A model generated the notes under the pieces. It was not told the DNA's origin. It did no database searches and saw only the letters and a list, made by a program, of their open reading frames with translations. Positions 41,240-53,809 of a stretch of 64,000 nucleotides of DNA are shown in pieces; position 1 is the stretch's first letter, and every line of letters starts with the position of its first letter. The translations under genes were made by a program, and so were the position numbers. The DNA lies in the NCBI GenBank assembly GCA_002269645.1, contig NIVC01002797.1:8430-72429 (forward strand). The letters run 5' to 3'. Origin of the DNA: Macrostomum lignano (Eukaryota).

Positions 41240-41910
41240 GTCACCTTTTAGCAGTTTGGGAGTGGTGCTAATCTGGGGAGCGGTGCTAATCTAAGGGAGT
41301 GGGGCTAATATATAGGAGTGGGGGGGGCTAATCTGGGGGATTGGGGCTAATCTGGAGGAAGTAGCGGTGCGAATTTTTGCGGAGTGGTGCAAATCTGGAG
41401 AAGTAGTGCTAATCTGGAAAGGTGAAACTATCTGGGAAGCGGCGGTAATCTGTGGAGCGGTGCTAATCTAGGCTGAGTGCTAATCTAGGCTGAGTGCTAA
41501 TCTGGGCTGAGTGCTAATCTAGGCTGAGTGCTAATCTGGGCTGAGTGCTAATCTAGGCTGAGTGCTAATCTGGGCTGAGTGCTAATCTAGGCTGAGTGCT
41601 AATCTAGGCTGAGTGCTAATCTGGGCTAAGTGATAATCTGGGCTGAGTGCTAATCTAGGCTGAGTGCTAATCTGGGCGCAGTGCTAATCTGGACGTAGTG
41701 CTAATCTGGGGGAAGTGGGGCTAATCTGGGGGTGTGCGGCTAATATGGGGGGAGTAGTGCTAATCTTGCACGTAGTGCTAATCTGGGGGAAGTGGGGCTA
41801 ATCTGGGGGTGTGCGGCTAATATGGGGGGGGGGGTAGTGCTAATCTGGGGGAAGTGGGGCTAATCTGGGGGTGTAGGGCTAATGTGGGAGAATAGTGCTA
41901 ATCTGGTGAG
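41240..41910. repeat. 17-bp satellite GCTGAGTGCTAATCTGG, first array
   Basis: Homogeneous core flanked by degenerate GCTAATCTGG monomers. Confidence 0.9.
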
Positions 41911-43809
41911 GATTTAAAAATAACGAATAATCATAAAAGAACTATAAATGAATTGAAATTGCAGTTTCAAACATTAGGAAATGTAACTTTTTAGAACTTT
42001 TTAGTCTCAGTAAAATTGGTGTGAAACTGCTGAGAAATTTGCTACTGCAGAACTGCTCGGAGATTAGTGAGACTTGCTCAGCGACTGTGCAAAACTGCTT
42101 ATAGACAAGCGCTAAACTGCTAAGAAGCCACCCGGAGGGGGGCTAAATGGCTAGTCACAATATACTAAATCTCTAAGATCTGTCTGTCTGTCTGACCGGT
42201 ATTCCAGTCTACAGCCTGAATGCCTGAACCGATTTTTTTCAAACTTGCTTCATTCAATTGCAAATTCTTGTGAGATTGTGTGGGTGTAATTGCATTTAAA
42301 AAAATCGAATGGGAAGATGGTTAAATATTCGAAAAACGAGTTTTCCCTATGCTTTCAATGGGAGGCTAGAAAAGGTCAAAATATCACCGACTGAATTTCA
42401 ATTCCAATTAAGATTGCGCCACAACTTTTCTCTGTTCACTGTGTACGCCTCAATACTGGCTGCAATACAATAAGGGAGAGGAAAATAATGCTCAGTGGCT
42501 GCGTGTGTACATTCTAACCCTGGCTGACTGGCGGACTGCATAGACAATTGCTATTTATAGATTTCACTCAATTGTGCATTGGCTCTGCCTGCACATAACT
42601 GCTTAATGAACTGAGCAGCCTATCACTGCTATGTATTTGACTGCAGTGCCGAAGAATATATGGCTGATTTTTGCGCCCTCCGATCAGTAGGCGGAATAGC
42701 CGCAGTGTAGGCACTAGGACTAGGTTTAGGCTAGGCATAAGGTCCAAGGTTCGAGTCCGCCTCCCCAGCGGATAATTAAAATTAAATAAATTCATTCATT
42801 AGTAGCTTCTGCCTCGACTATTTTAAACATTTTTTGATTAATTGTAATTAAATTTTTTTTATTAATTACAATAATTTATTTTTGCTACTCGCACAAGCAA
42901 CTAAGCAAATTTGATTTGATTTGTAAAATCCTAAGATCCCATTCATTGTTATTATCTAGGTCTATAGAAGTAGATTTTTAGTATACAGGACTAAACTGCA
43001 GGGGATTAAATTACTAAACTGCAGACGATGCTGCTAAACTGCTGAGGTATTGCTAAATGCTGAGTGGTGCAAAAGATTGCCGATATGTATCGAAAATCGA
43101 TTAGTGAGCCATAAAATGCTGAGCTTATTTCAACATTGTTGAAAGCATCATTGCAGTAGACGATGCTGCTAAACTGCTGAGGTATTGCTAAATGCTGAGT
43201 TGCGCAAGACTGCCAATATGTATCGAAAATTGATTAGTGCGCCGTCGTAAATGCTGAGAAAATTTTTAAATCATTGAAAAGATCATTGCAGTTTGCTGAG
43301 AATACTAAGGGGCCAGCTGAGAGAACTGCAGACTGCTGCAAAGGGATAAATGAGAATTATTAAGGAAACACTTGCTGACTGCAAATGAATTGACTGCAGA
43401 CTACTGAGGGGAACTGCAGATTGTTGAAGGGATCATTGCAGACTGCAAAGGGGACAAACTGCAAACTGCTGACGTTAGTTAGTTTCTCGAGACTTATGAG
43501 CGTATAAGCTGCAAACTGCCGAGGGGATAGCTGCAGACTGCTAGGATAATAATGGCAGACTTCTGAGGAGGATATCTAACTGTGAATAATTGTAGCTTGC
43601 AGAAGGGACAATTCTGGGTCCCTGAGGGATAAATGAATAATATTAATAAAAGTTGTAGAGTGCAAATGAGTTGTATGACTGCATGTCTGTTTTGCGGAAT
43701 TAGAAGGGATAATTTCAGGTTGTTGTGGGGATAACAGCCAATTTCTGGGGAGGGTTTAACTTTAAACTTCTGAGGCGATAATAGTAGTCGCCTTTTAGCA
43801 GTTTGGGAG

Positions 43810-44640
43810 TGGTGCTAATCTGGGGAGCGGTGCTAATCTAAGGGAGTGGGGCTAATATAAAGGAGTGGGGGGGGCTAATCTGGAGGAAGTAGCGGTGCGA
43901 ATTTTTGCGGAGTGGTGCTAATCTGGAGGAAGTAGCGGTGCGAATTTTTGCGGAGTGGTGCTAATCTGGGAAGGTGAAACTATCTGGGAAGCGGCGGTAA
44001 TCTGTGGAGCGGTGCTTATCTAGGCTGAGTGCTAATCTGGGCTGAGTACTAATCTAGGCTGAGTGCTAATCTGGGCTGAGTACTAATCTAGGCTGAGTGC
44101 TAATCTGGGCTGAGTACTAATCTAGGCTGAGTGCTAATCTGGGCTGAGTGCTAATCTGGGCTGAGTGCTAATCTGGGCTGAGTGCTAATCTGGGCTGAGT
44201 GCTAATCTGGGCTGAGTGCTAATCTGGGCTGAGTGCTAATCTGGGCTGAGTGCTAATCTGGGCTGAGTGCTAATCTGGGCTGAGTACTAATCTAGGCTGA
44301 GTGCTAATCTGGGCTGAGTACTAATCTAGGCTGAGTGCTAATCTGGGCTGAGTGCTAATCTGGGCTGAGTGCTAATCTGGGCTGAGTGCTAATCTGGGCT
44401 GAGTGCTAATCTGGGCTGAGTGCTAATCTGGGCTGAGTGCTAATCTGGGCTGAGTGCTAATCTGGGCTGAGTGCTAATCTGGGCTGAGTGCTAATCTGGG
44501 CTGAGTGCTAATCTGGGCTGAGTGCTAATCTGGGCTGAGTGCTAATCTGGGCTGAGTGCTAATCTGGGCTGAGTGCTAATCTGGGGGAAGTGGGGCTAAT
44601 CTGGGGGTGTAGGGCTAATGTGGGAGAATAGTGGTAATCT
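43810..44640. repeat. 17-bp satellite GCTGAGTGCTAATCTGG, longest array
   Basis: More than 30 homogeneous copies at ~44025-44580. Confidence 0.95.
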
Positions 44641-47600
44641 GATGAGGATTTGAAAATAACGAATAATCATAAAAGAACTAAAAATGAATTGACATTGCAA
44701 AGTTTCAAACATTAAGAAATGTAACTTTTTAGAACTTTTTGGTCTCAGTAAAATTGGTGTACAACTGCTTAGAGATTTGCTACTGCAGAACTGCGCGGAG
44801 ATTAGTGAGATATGCTCAGCGACTGTGCAAAACTGCTTATAGACAAGCGCTAAACTGCTAAGAAGCCACCCGGAGGGGGGCTAAATGGCTAGTCACAATA
44901 TACTAAATCTCTAAGGTTTGTCTGTCTGTCTGACCGGTATTCCAGTATACAGCCTGAATGCCTGAACCGATTTTTTTCAAACTTGCTTTATTCAATTGCA
45001 AATTCTTGTGAGATTGTGTAGGTGTAATTGCATTTAAAAAATTCGAATTGGAAGATGGTTAAATATTCGAAAAACGAGTTTTCCCTATGCTTTCAATGGG
45101 AGGCTAGAAAAGGTCAAAATCTCACTAACTGAATTTCAATTCCAATTAAGATTGCGCCACAACTTTTCTCTGTTCACTGTGTACGCCTCAATACTGGCTG
45201 CAATAAGGGAGAGGAAAATAATGCTCAGTGGCTGCGTGTGTACATTCTGACCCTGGCTGACTGGCGGACTGCATAGACAATTGCTATTTATAGATTTCAC
45301 TCAACTGTGCATTGGCTCTGCCTGCACACAACCTGTGCACACTGAGCAGCCTATCACTGCTATGTATTTGACTGCAGTGCCGAAGCATATATGGCTGATT
45401 TTTGCGCCCTCCGATCAGTAGGCGGAATAGCCGCAGTTTAGGCACTAGGTCTAGGTTTAGGCTAGGCATAAGGTCCAAGGTTCGAGTTCGCCTCCCCAGC
45501 GGATAATTAAAATTAAATAAATTCATTCATTAGTAGCTTGTGCCTCGACTATTTTGAGAATTGCTTGATTAATTATCTATTGCCTGAGCAATTAAAATTC
45601 TTTTATTAATTACAATAATTTATTTTTGCTACTCTCACAAGCCTTTAAGCAAATTTGATTTGATTTGTAAAATCCTGAGATCCCATTAATTGTTATTATC
45701 TAGGTTTATAGATGTATTAATTAAATTACTTAACTGCAGACAATGCTGCTAAACTGCTGAGGTATTGCTAAATGTTTGAGTGGTGCAAAAGATTGCCGAT
45801 ATGTATCGAAAATCGATTAGTAAGCCATACAATGCTGAGCTAATTTCTACATTGTTGAAAGGATCATTGCAGTTTGCTGAGGATACTGATGCTGATACTG
45901 ATTGCTGAGGTAGTTCCTCCAGACTTATGAGTGTATAGCTGCACACTGCTGAGGGGATAACTATCTAGATCTAGAGAGTTTTAAGTGGATAATAACGGTG
46001 AAGTATTAAGTGCACGTTGTTGAGGCGATAACTGCGGACTGCTGAGTGAATTATTGTAGTTTGCTGATGTTAATGAAAGTTGTAGACGGCAAAGTGGATA
46101 ACTGCAGGCTGCTAAGAGTATTACTGCAGTCTGTTTTGCGGGATTAAAATGGATAGCTAATTTCAGGTTGTTGTGGGGATAACTGCCGATTTCTGGGGGG
46201 AGTCTGAGAAAGGTTAACTTCGAACTGCTGAAGTTACTAAACTTGTTGAATAGTATAAGGATTTTTTGACCATCTGTCAATAGGCAAAATAGCCAGGCAA
46301 TAACAGGCATAGACTAAGCAGAAGGTCGGCAGTTCGAGTCTGCGTTGAAGCAGCAAATTTATCTTTGTGACCTGTGAGAATAATCATTGTCATGCAGGCA
46401 TCAAACATTTAAATTTAAAGGAAGGTACTTTTGCTGGCTGCGTTAAGCTTCTAGAGCAGTGCTAATCAGTGAGCCGTACAATGCAGTCATACATAGGCTG
46501 CTAAGTTGCAGACGATGCTGCTAAGCAGCTAAACTCCTGAAGGTATTGCTAAATGCTGAGTTGCGCAAGACTGCCAATAAGTACCGAAAATTGATTAGTG
46601 AGCCATAGTAAATGCTGAGCAAATTTATCATTGGAGTTTACTGAGAATACTGAGGGGCCAGCTGAGAGAACTGCAGACTGCTGAGAGGATAAATGAGAGT
46701 TATTAAGGAAACACTTGCTGACTGCAAATGAATTAACTGCAGACTACTGAGGGGAACTGCAGATTGTTGAAGGGATCATTGCAGACTGCAAAGGGGACAA
46801 ACTGCAAACTGCTGACGTTAGTTAGTTTCTCGAGACTTATGAGCGTATAAGCTGCAAATTGCCTAGGGGATAGCTGCAGACTGCTAGAAGAATAATGGCA
46901 GACTTCTGAGGAGGATATCTAACTGTGAATAATTGTAGCTTGCTGAGGGGACAATTCTGGGTCTCTGAGAGATGATTGAATAATAATAATAAAAGTTGTA
47001 GAGTGCAAATGAGTTGTACGACTGCAGTCTGTTTTGCGGAATTAGAGGGGATAATTTCAGGTTGTTGTGGGGATAACAGCCGATTTCTGGGGAGGGTTAA
47101 CTTGAAACTTCTGAGGCGATAATAGTAGTCCCCTTTTAGCAGTTTGGGAGTAGTGCTAATCTGGGAGGGGTGCTAATCTAGGGGAGTGGGGCTAATCTAA
47201 GGGAGTGGAGCTAATATAACGGAGTGGGGGGCTAATCTGGAGGATAGGGGCTAATCTGGAAGAAGTAGCGGTGCGAATTTTTGCGGGGTGGTGCTAATCT
47301 GGGCTGAGTGCTATAATCTGGGCGCAGTGCTAATCTGGGGGAAGTGGGGCTAATCTGGGGGTGTAGGGCTAATGTAGGAGAATAGTGCTAATCTGGTGAG
47401 GATTTGAAAATAACGAATAATCATAAAAGAACTATAAATTAATTGACATTGAAAAGTTTCAAAAATTAAGAAATGTAACTTTTTAGAACTTTTTAGTCTC
47501 AGTAAAATTGGTGTACAACTGCTTAGAGATTTGCTACTGCAGAACTGCTCGGAGATTAATGAGATTTGCTCAGCGACTGTGAAAAACTTCTTATAGACAA

Positions 47601-47646
47601 GCGCTAAACTGCTAAGAAGCCACCCGGAGGGGGGCTAAATGGCTAG

Positions 47647-50600
47647 TCCTATATACTAAAAATGAAATGTGTGTCTCTGTGAGATAGATTTCAGAAAAAA
47701 CGGCTTAACCGATTTTCTTCAAACTTGCACCATTCGATCAGAAATTTTCCTGGGACGGTACATGCATCTTGGCTAAGAAATCACTCAATGTTAAAGGGAT
47801 TAAATATTCGAAAAACATGCTTTTTTGCAAAGGTCAAGCAACTCTTTAGACCTGAAATTCATTGTAAGAATGCTAGAGAAAAAACTGACTGGCTGAATTC
47901 TGATTGTGATAAAAATTACATCACAACAACAAGTTGAAAAAGTCTCAAAAAATGCGCACAAGACTTGATTGAGATTGCGTAACCATATTGTATTCATTTA
48001 TTGTCCGTGTGCTGGCTGAACTTTACTGAGTTTTACTGGCTGAAACTGATACTGACTGTTTGAGCAACTGATTATGTCATATCTGCTTCGTGTGATTTAG
48101 TCTAAGGCGGGAGTGTTGAAGGTGTTGCATTGCATGTATAAGAGCTAAAATTAATATTATCAAAACGATGAGAGCTAGCCTAGAGTTGAACAGACTGAAC
48201 TGATGCACGATGTGGGTTCGAATTTTCAGAAACTTTTTAACGCAGGAAAACTAAAGAAAACTTTAAAAGAATCAAAACAGTGTGGAAGCATAGCACCAAA
48301 CTTGATTGAGATTGCTTTAAAATCCTATATACAAAAAAAATTTTGTTGTCTGTGGGTAGGTAGGTATGCGATAGATTTCAGAAAAAATGGCTCAACCGAT
48401 TTTCTTCAAACTTGCACCATTCGATCAGAAATTTTCCTGGGACGGTACATGCATCTTGGCTAAGAAATTGCTCAATATTAAAGGGATTAAATATTCGAAA
48501 AACATGCTTTTTGCAAAGGTCAAGCAAAATTTTCGACTTAAAACCCATTGTAAGAATGCTAGAGAAAAAACTGACTGGCTGAATTCTGATTCTGATAAAG
48601 ATTGCATCACAACAAGTTGAAAACAGTGCCAAAGAAATGCACACACGATTTGATTTAAATTGCGTAACCATATTGCTAACTTAAAATGAGACTGGTACTG
48701 GCTGACTGATAAATTGATTATGTCATAACTTTTTACTCTAATTGACTTGCTGTAAGAATTGAATTATAAGGGCCACAATTCATGTTCTCCAATTGAAAAG
48801 AGATAGCCTATATACGAACAGACTGGACTACCAACGTAGCGACCTGGGTTCGAATCTTAGTAGTGAAAAATAATTTTTTTATTAAAACACCTTGAAAACA
48901 CGAAACTGCTAAACATAAAAAAGCACAATGTCAAACATAAAAGAGGCACCATGTCAAACATTACATGGGTACCATGTAAAACATATACGTGACTCTTTGT
49001 CAAACAAGCCACCATGTCGAACATTAAAGAGCCACCATTTCGAACATAAAAGAGCCACCATTTCGAATATTAAAGAGCCACCATTTCGAACATTAAAGAG
49101 CTACCATTTTGAACATTAAAGAGCCACCATTTTAAACATTAAAGAGCCACCATGTCAAACATTTAGGAGCCACAATGTCAAACATTTAAGAGCCACCATG
49201 TCGAAAATAAAGAGCCACCATTTCGAACATTAAAGAGCCACCATGTCAAACATTTAGGAGCCACCATGTCAAACATTAAAGAGCCACTTTGTCGAACATT
49301 AAAGAGCCACCATTTTGAACATTAAAGAGCCACCATTTTAAACATTAAAGAGCCACCATGTCAAACATTTAGAAGCCACCATGTCAAACATTTAAGAGCC
49401 ACCATGTCGAAAATAAAGAGCCACCATTTCGAACATTAAAGAGCCACCATGTCAAACATTTAGGAGCCACCATGTCAAACATTAAAGAGCCACTTTGTCG
49501 AACATTAAAGAGCCACCATTTCGAACATTAAAGAGCCACCATTTCGAACATTAAAGAGCTACCATTTTGAACATTAAAGAGCCACCATGTCAAACATTTA
49601 GGAGCAACCATGTCAAACATTTAAGAGCCACCATGTCAAACATATATGTGACTTTATGTCAAACATTAAAGAGCCACCAAGTCTAACATAAAAGAGCCAC
49701 CATGTCGAACATTAAAGAGCCACCATTTCGAACATTAAAGAGCCACCGTGTCAAAAAATTAAGATCCACCATGTCAAACATTAAAGAGCCACTTTGTCGA
49801 ACATTAAAGAGCGCCATGTCAAACATAAAAGAGCCAACATGTCAGACATTAAAAAGCGACCGTATCAAACATAAAGAGTTACCGTGTAGAACAAAAAAGA
49901 GCCACCATATCGAACAAAAAAGAGCCACCATGTCAAACATTTAGAAGCCACCATGTCAAAGATTTAGAAGCCACCATGTCAAACATTTAAGAGCCACCAT
50001 GCAACCATTTAAGAGCCACCATGTCAAACATAGAAGAGCCACCATGTCAAAACACAAAAGTGCCATCATGTCAAACCTAAAAGAGCCACCATGTCTAACA
50101 TAAAAAGCCACCATATCGAACATTAAAGAGCCACCATGTCAAAAGTTAAAGAGCCATTATGTCAAACCTAAAAGAGCCACCATGTCGAACATTAAAGGGC
50201 CACCATGTAGAACATTAAAGAGCCACCATGTCAAACATTAAAGAACCACCATGTCGAACATTAAAGAACCACCATGTTAAACATTAAAGAGCCACAATGT
50301 CAAAAATAGAAGAGCCACCATGTCAAACATAAAAAAGCCACCATGTCTAACATTAAAGAGCCACCATGTCAAACATTAAAGAGCCACCATGTCGAACATT
50401 AAAGAGCCTCCATGTCTAACATTAAAGAGCCACCATGTCAAACCTAAAAGAGCCACCATGTCAAACATAAATCTGGCATGATGTCAAACATTAAAGTGCT
50501 ACCATATCGAACATTAAAGAGCCACCATGTCTAAAAGTAAAGAGCCACCATGTCGAACTATAAAGGGCCACCATGTAGAACATTAAAGAGCCGTACCATG

Positions 50601-52084
50601 TCAGACATTAAAAAGCCACCGTATCAAACATAAAAGAGTTACCATGTAGAACAAAAAAGAGCCACCATGTAAAACATTTAGGAGCCACCATGTCAAACAT
50701 AAAGAGCCACCGTGTAAAACATTTAGGAGCCACCATGTCAGACATATATGTGACTTTAAGACAAACATTAAAGAGCCACAATTTAAAACATTAAAGAGCC
50801 ACCATGTCTAACATAAAAGAGCTATACCATGAAGAAAATTAAAGAGCCACCATGTCGAACATTATAGAGCCACCATTTCGAACATTAAAGAGCCACCATG
50901 TCAAAGATTTAAGAGCCACTATTTTGAACATAAAAAGAGCCACCATGTCAAACATTCAAAAGCCGCATTGTCAAACATTAAAGAGCCATTAGATCGTACA
51001 TTAAAGAGCCACCATTTCGAATAATAAAGAGCCACCATGTCAAACATAAAAGAGCCACTATTTTGAACATAAAAAGAGCCACCATTTCGAACATAAAAGA
51101 GTCACCATGTCGAACATAAAAGAGCCACTATTTTGAACATAAAAAGAGCCACCATTTCGAACATAAAAGAGCCACCATGTCAAACATAAAAGAGCCACTA
51201 TGTCAAACAGTAAAGAGCCACCATGTCGAACATTAAAGCGCCACCATGTCGAACGTTAAAGAGCCACCATGTCAAACATTAAAGAGCCACATTGTCAAAC
51301 AGTAAAGAGCCACCATGTCGAACATTAAAGAGCCACCATGTCGAACATTAAAGAGCCACCATGTCGAACGTTAAAGAGCCACCATGTCGAACATTAACGA
51401 GCCACGATGTCAAACATAAAAGAGCTACCAAGTTAGACATAGAAGAGCCACCATGTGAAACATATATGTGACTCCATGTCAAACATTAAAGAGCCACCGT
51501 TTCTAACATTAAGGAGCCACCATGACAAACATAAAACTGGCACAAACATAAATTGTCAAACATTAAAGAGCCACCATGTAGAACATAAAATAGCCACCAT
51601 TTCAAACACAGGAGAGACATTTTCAAACGTAATAAGAAGCGTCATGCCAATCATAAAGGAGCCCTCAGAAAGCTAAAAGGAAATGTTGCACCATATTCTT
51701 TTTGTCTGGTGGATGCTTGCTATTTAAGGATAGATACTTGCTATCAATTGGATGCTTGCTATCTGGGGGTGCTTGCTATCTGGGGGTGCTTGCTATCTGG
51801 GGGTGCTTGCTATCTGGGGTGCTTGCTATCTGGGGGTGCTTGCTATCTGGGGGTGCTTGCTATCTGGGGGTGCTTGCTATCTGGGGGTGCTTGCTATCTG
51901 GGGGTGCTTGCTATCTGGGAGGAGGGGGGGTGTTTGCTGTCTTGGGATGTTTTCTTTTTGCATTGCGCTTCATTTGAGCAGTTTTTCTGTTGTCTTTGTG
52001 AAGACTCTATTTGGCGGGTTTTTTTACTTGTAGAGAACAGAAGTTCTATCCAGATGTCCCCCATCGGGGGGCGAAGATTGCTAG
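47647..52084 (+). mobile_element. Truncated unit (47647-~48322) plus final Helitron-like unit (48323-52084)
   Basis: Starts TCCTATATAC at 47647 and 48323. The final hairpin CCCCC-ATC-GGGGG precedes CTAG 52081-52084, followed by T. Confidence 0.8.
48925..51640. repeat. 23-bp satellite AAAGAGCCACCATGTCAAACATT
   Basis: More than 100 moderately diverged tandem copies. Confidence 0.97.
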
Positions 52085-52377
52085 TAGAAATTCTGATACT
52101 GTACCCATGTAAAAGGCAATTGCAGAATGCTTCATATACGATAGCTTGAGGAAATATCACATTGAAAAGTTTTAAAATGTTACTTGAGAGAGTACATAAT
52201 TAATGTATAAAAACGTATTAAGAGTTCTTCGCCAAGTCGAACAGCTCTTTGAGTCTTTATAGTTTACGAAGGCGTCCACGAGTAAATGTACGTTCAAGGA
52301 CCACTCGGACGATACGTACGTTACGAGTAAACTCCTAGTAAAAGCTGCGTTAGGGTCTTTTATAAATTTCAATTTTA

Positions 52378-53095
52378 TCAACTGAACACAAAATCTTTGT
52401 CCATCTTTTGTCGCCTGTTGCTAGCCTCGCTACGATTCTGCAGATTCGCGATCAGCTGACCAGTCTGGCTACCGACCTTGTTGCCATAGTTACCAGCCTC
52501 CGTGCTGGGCACTGTGACTGCCAACCTGTCAGAGGTGTCCAGTAGACTTCGTTCAGTTCCCCCTTCGGAGCCATGCTTAGCTGCTGTCTTTGGTTGGCCC
52601 TGAAATTGAGGCAAACTTCTAAAACTGTACCCGATACAAGCATGTACATGCGCCGAAATACATATGCCATGTACGCGCTGTAGAGCTAACACTTACGCGT
52701 TGATCGTAGTTGGCTAGAAATCCCCACTGCTCATCTCTACAAAAAGGAATGCATGAATTTTCATCATTGATTAATTTATGCATGCTAGTACATATGGCGT
52801 GCGCACAGCTAGCAGGCCCCAAAGCCCCCAAAGGGTAACCAAGCTCGACAAATGACAGGAGCTCAACTTTTGGGCCTCTTGGACGCGGCATCTACCGGCC
52901 GAAGGCAAGGGTAGGGAGGCACTCACCAAGAGTCATAGGCGCCCACCATGATACCAAATGTTCGCGTCCCTAAAGCATGCTAAACTAAAGTATGCTAAAA
53001 TTTTCGAATCGAACTCGCCTCTGCCGATCAAGACGCGCCTCGCGTATCAAATTTTGGCGCCAAATTTCGTCGCGCAATGCCGGATCAATCGCCAT
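52378..53095 (-). CDS. C2orf50: C2orf50/CIMIP5-like small ciliary protein, 112 aa; exons 53019-53095, 52697-52736, 52378-52599
   Basis: The spliced product MAIDPALRDEIWRQNLIREARLDRQR-DEQWGFLANYDQR-G...VTVPSTEAGNYGNKVGSQTGQLI...RRQKMDKDFVFS resembles the C2orf50 family pattern (D..WR....E......W.FL..YD..G...VP.T....G). Phases are consistent (2,0). The first intron needs a GC donor. Confidence 0.75.
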
Positions 53096-53809
53096 GGAAA
53101 CTGCGACGCGAGATGACCAACTCGCAACTTGAGTCTTTAGAAGATTGAGTCTAGACAATGCTCCACGGTAGTTACTGCAGTGGGAGGGCAACATGCAGCT
53201 GCTTACTAGTTTTACAGTGCAGTCTGGTCGAACTAGAGGAGTGCAGCAACCAAACAGCTCTCTCTTAGCTACCGACTCCGCATCCAGTCGCATTGAAGCC
53301 ACAACTGCTGTACAGGTACCCCATCTGGGGGGGGGGAGGATCAGGCGAATCCCAACAACAGCTCTTAAAGCTATAACGCTTCTTCCCCTCTGCCCAAAAG
53401 CAGATGTATTTAGCAGCGGAGAAGTCGCGCAGACAGCCTATTGTTCTCAAACGGAATGGATCGATATAGTCGCCTGCTCTCATCTCTAACCGCTGTCTGT
53501 CTGCATCTCTCTTACCCTCTCGTCTATCTCTCATCCCCCGAAAATGGTTTTTTTTCCCATGCGACACTTAATTAAATTGGAAATGGCATTTTTCCTTTGG
53601 AATTTTTTTCATTACCCCACGGTTGGTGCGGGACTAGCTAGTAGACTGATGGAGTAAGGAGTGGTGCAGTACCGCTGTATGGGGCCAACTATGCAATTGG
53701 GAATTATACTGCCTAATCATGGGGATTTCAGTAATTTTTTTATTATATGTTTAGCCAAAAAACATCTTCATTAGACTTCCATACGGAACCTTCTCATGGA
53801 TAACTATAA

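Larger units (their letters stand above)
39749..47646 (+). mobile_element. Three near-identical Helitron-like units (39749-42154, 42155-44892, 44893-47646)
   Basis: Each ends GCCACCCGGAGGGGGGCTAAATGG-CTAG. They share an internal sequence and have a variable 17-bp array. Confidence 0.85.
23229..52084 (+). mobile_element. Tandem chain of ~13 non-autonomous Helitron-like units (~28.9 kb)
   Basis: Units start TC(T/C/A)...ATATACTAAA, contain an AACCGATTT..AAACTT-like core, and most end with a GC hairpin ~10 nt before CTAG. CTAG ends at 23578, 23928, 24279, 25629, 29984, 35028, 39748, 42154, 44892, 47646 and 52084. The whole chain is flanked by A (23228) and T (52085). Confidence 0.85.

Noticed and set aside
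48925-51640. Dozens of GCCACCATG (vertebrate Kozak consensus) motifs
   Set aside because: The motif is part of the satellite monomer. The 23-bp period shifts frame each copy and the ORFs are short, so it is likely coincidental.
53265-53567. 100-aa minus-strand ORF upstream of the C2orf50-like gene
   Set aside because: It has no recognisable domain, includes low-complexity CT-rich and poly-G stretches, and is probably 5' UTR or promoter.
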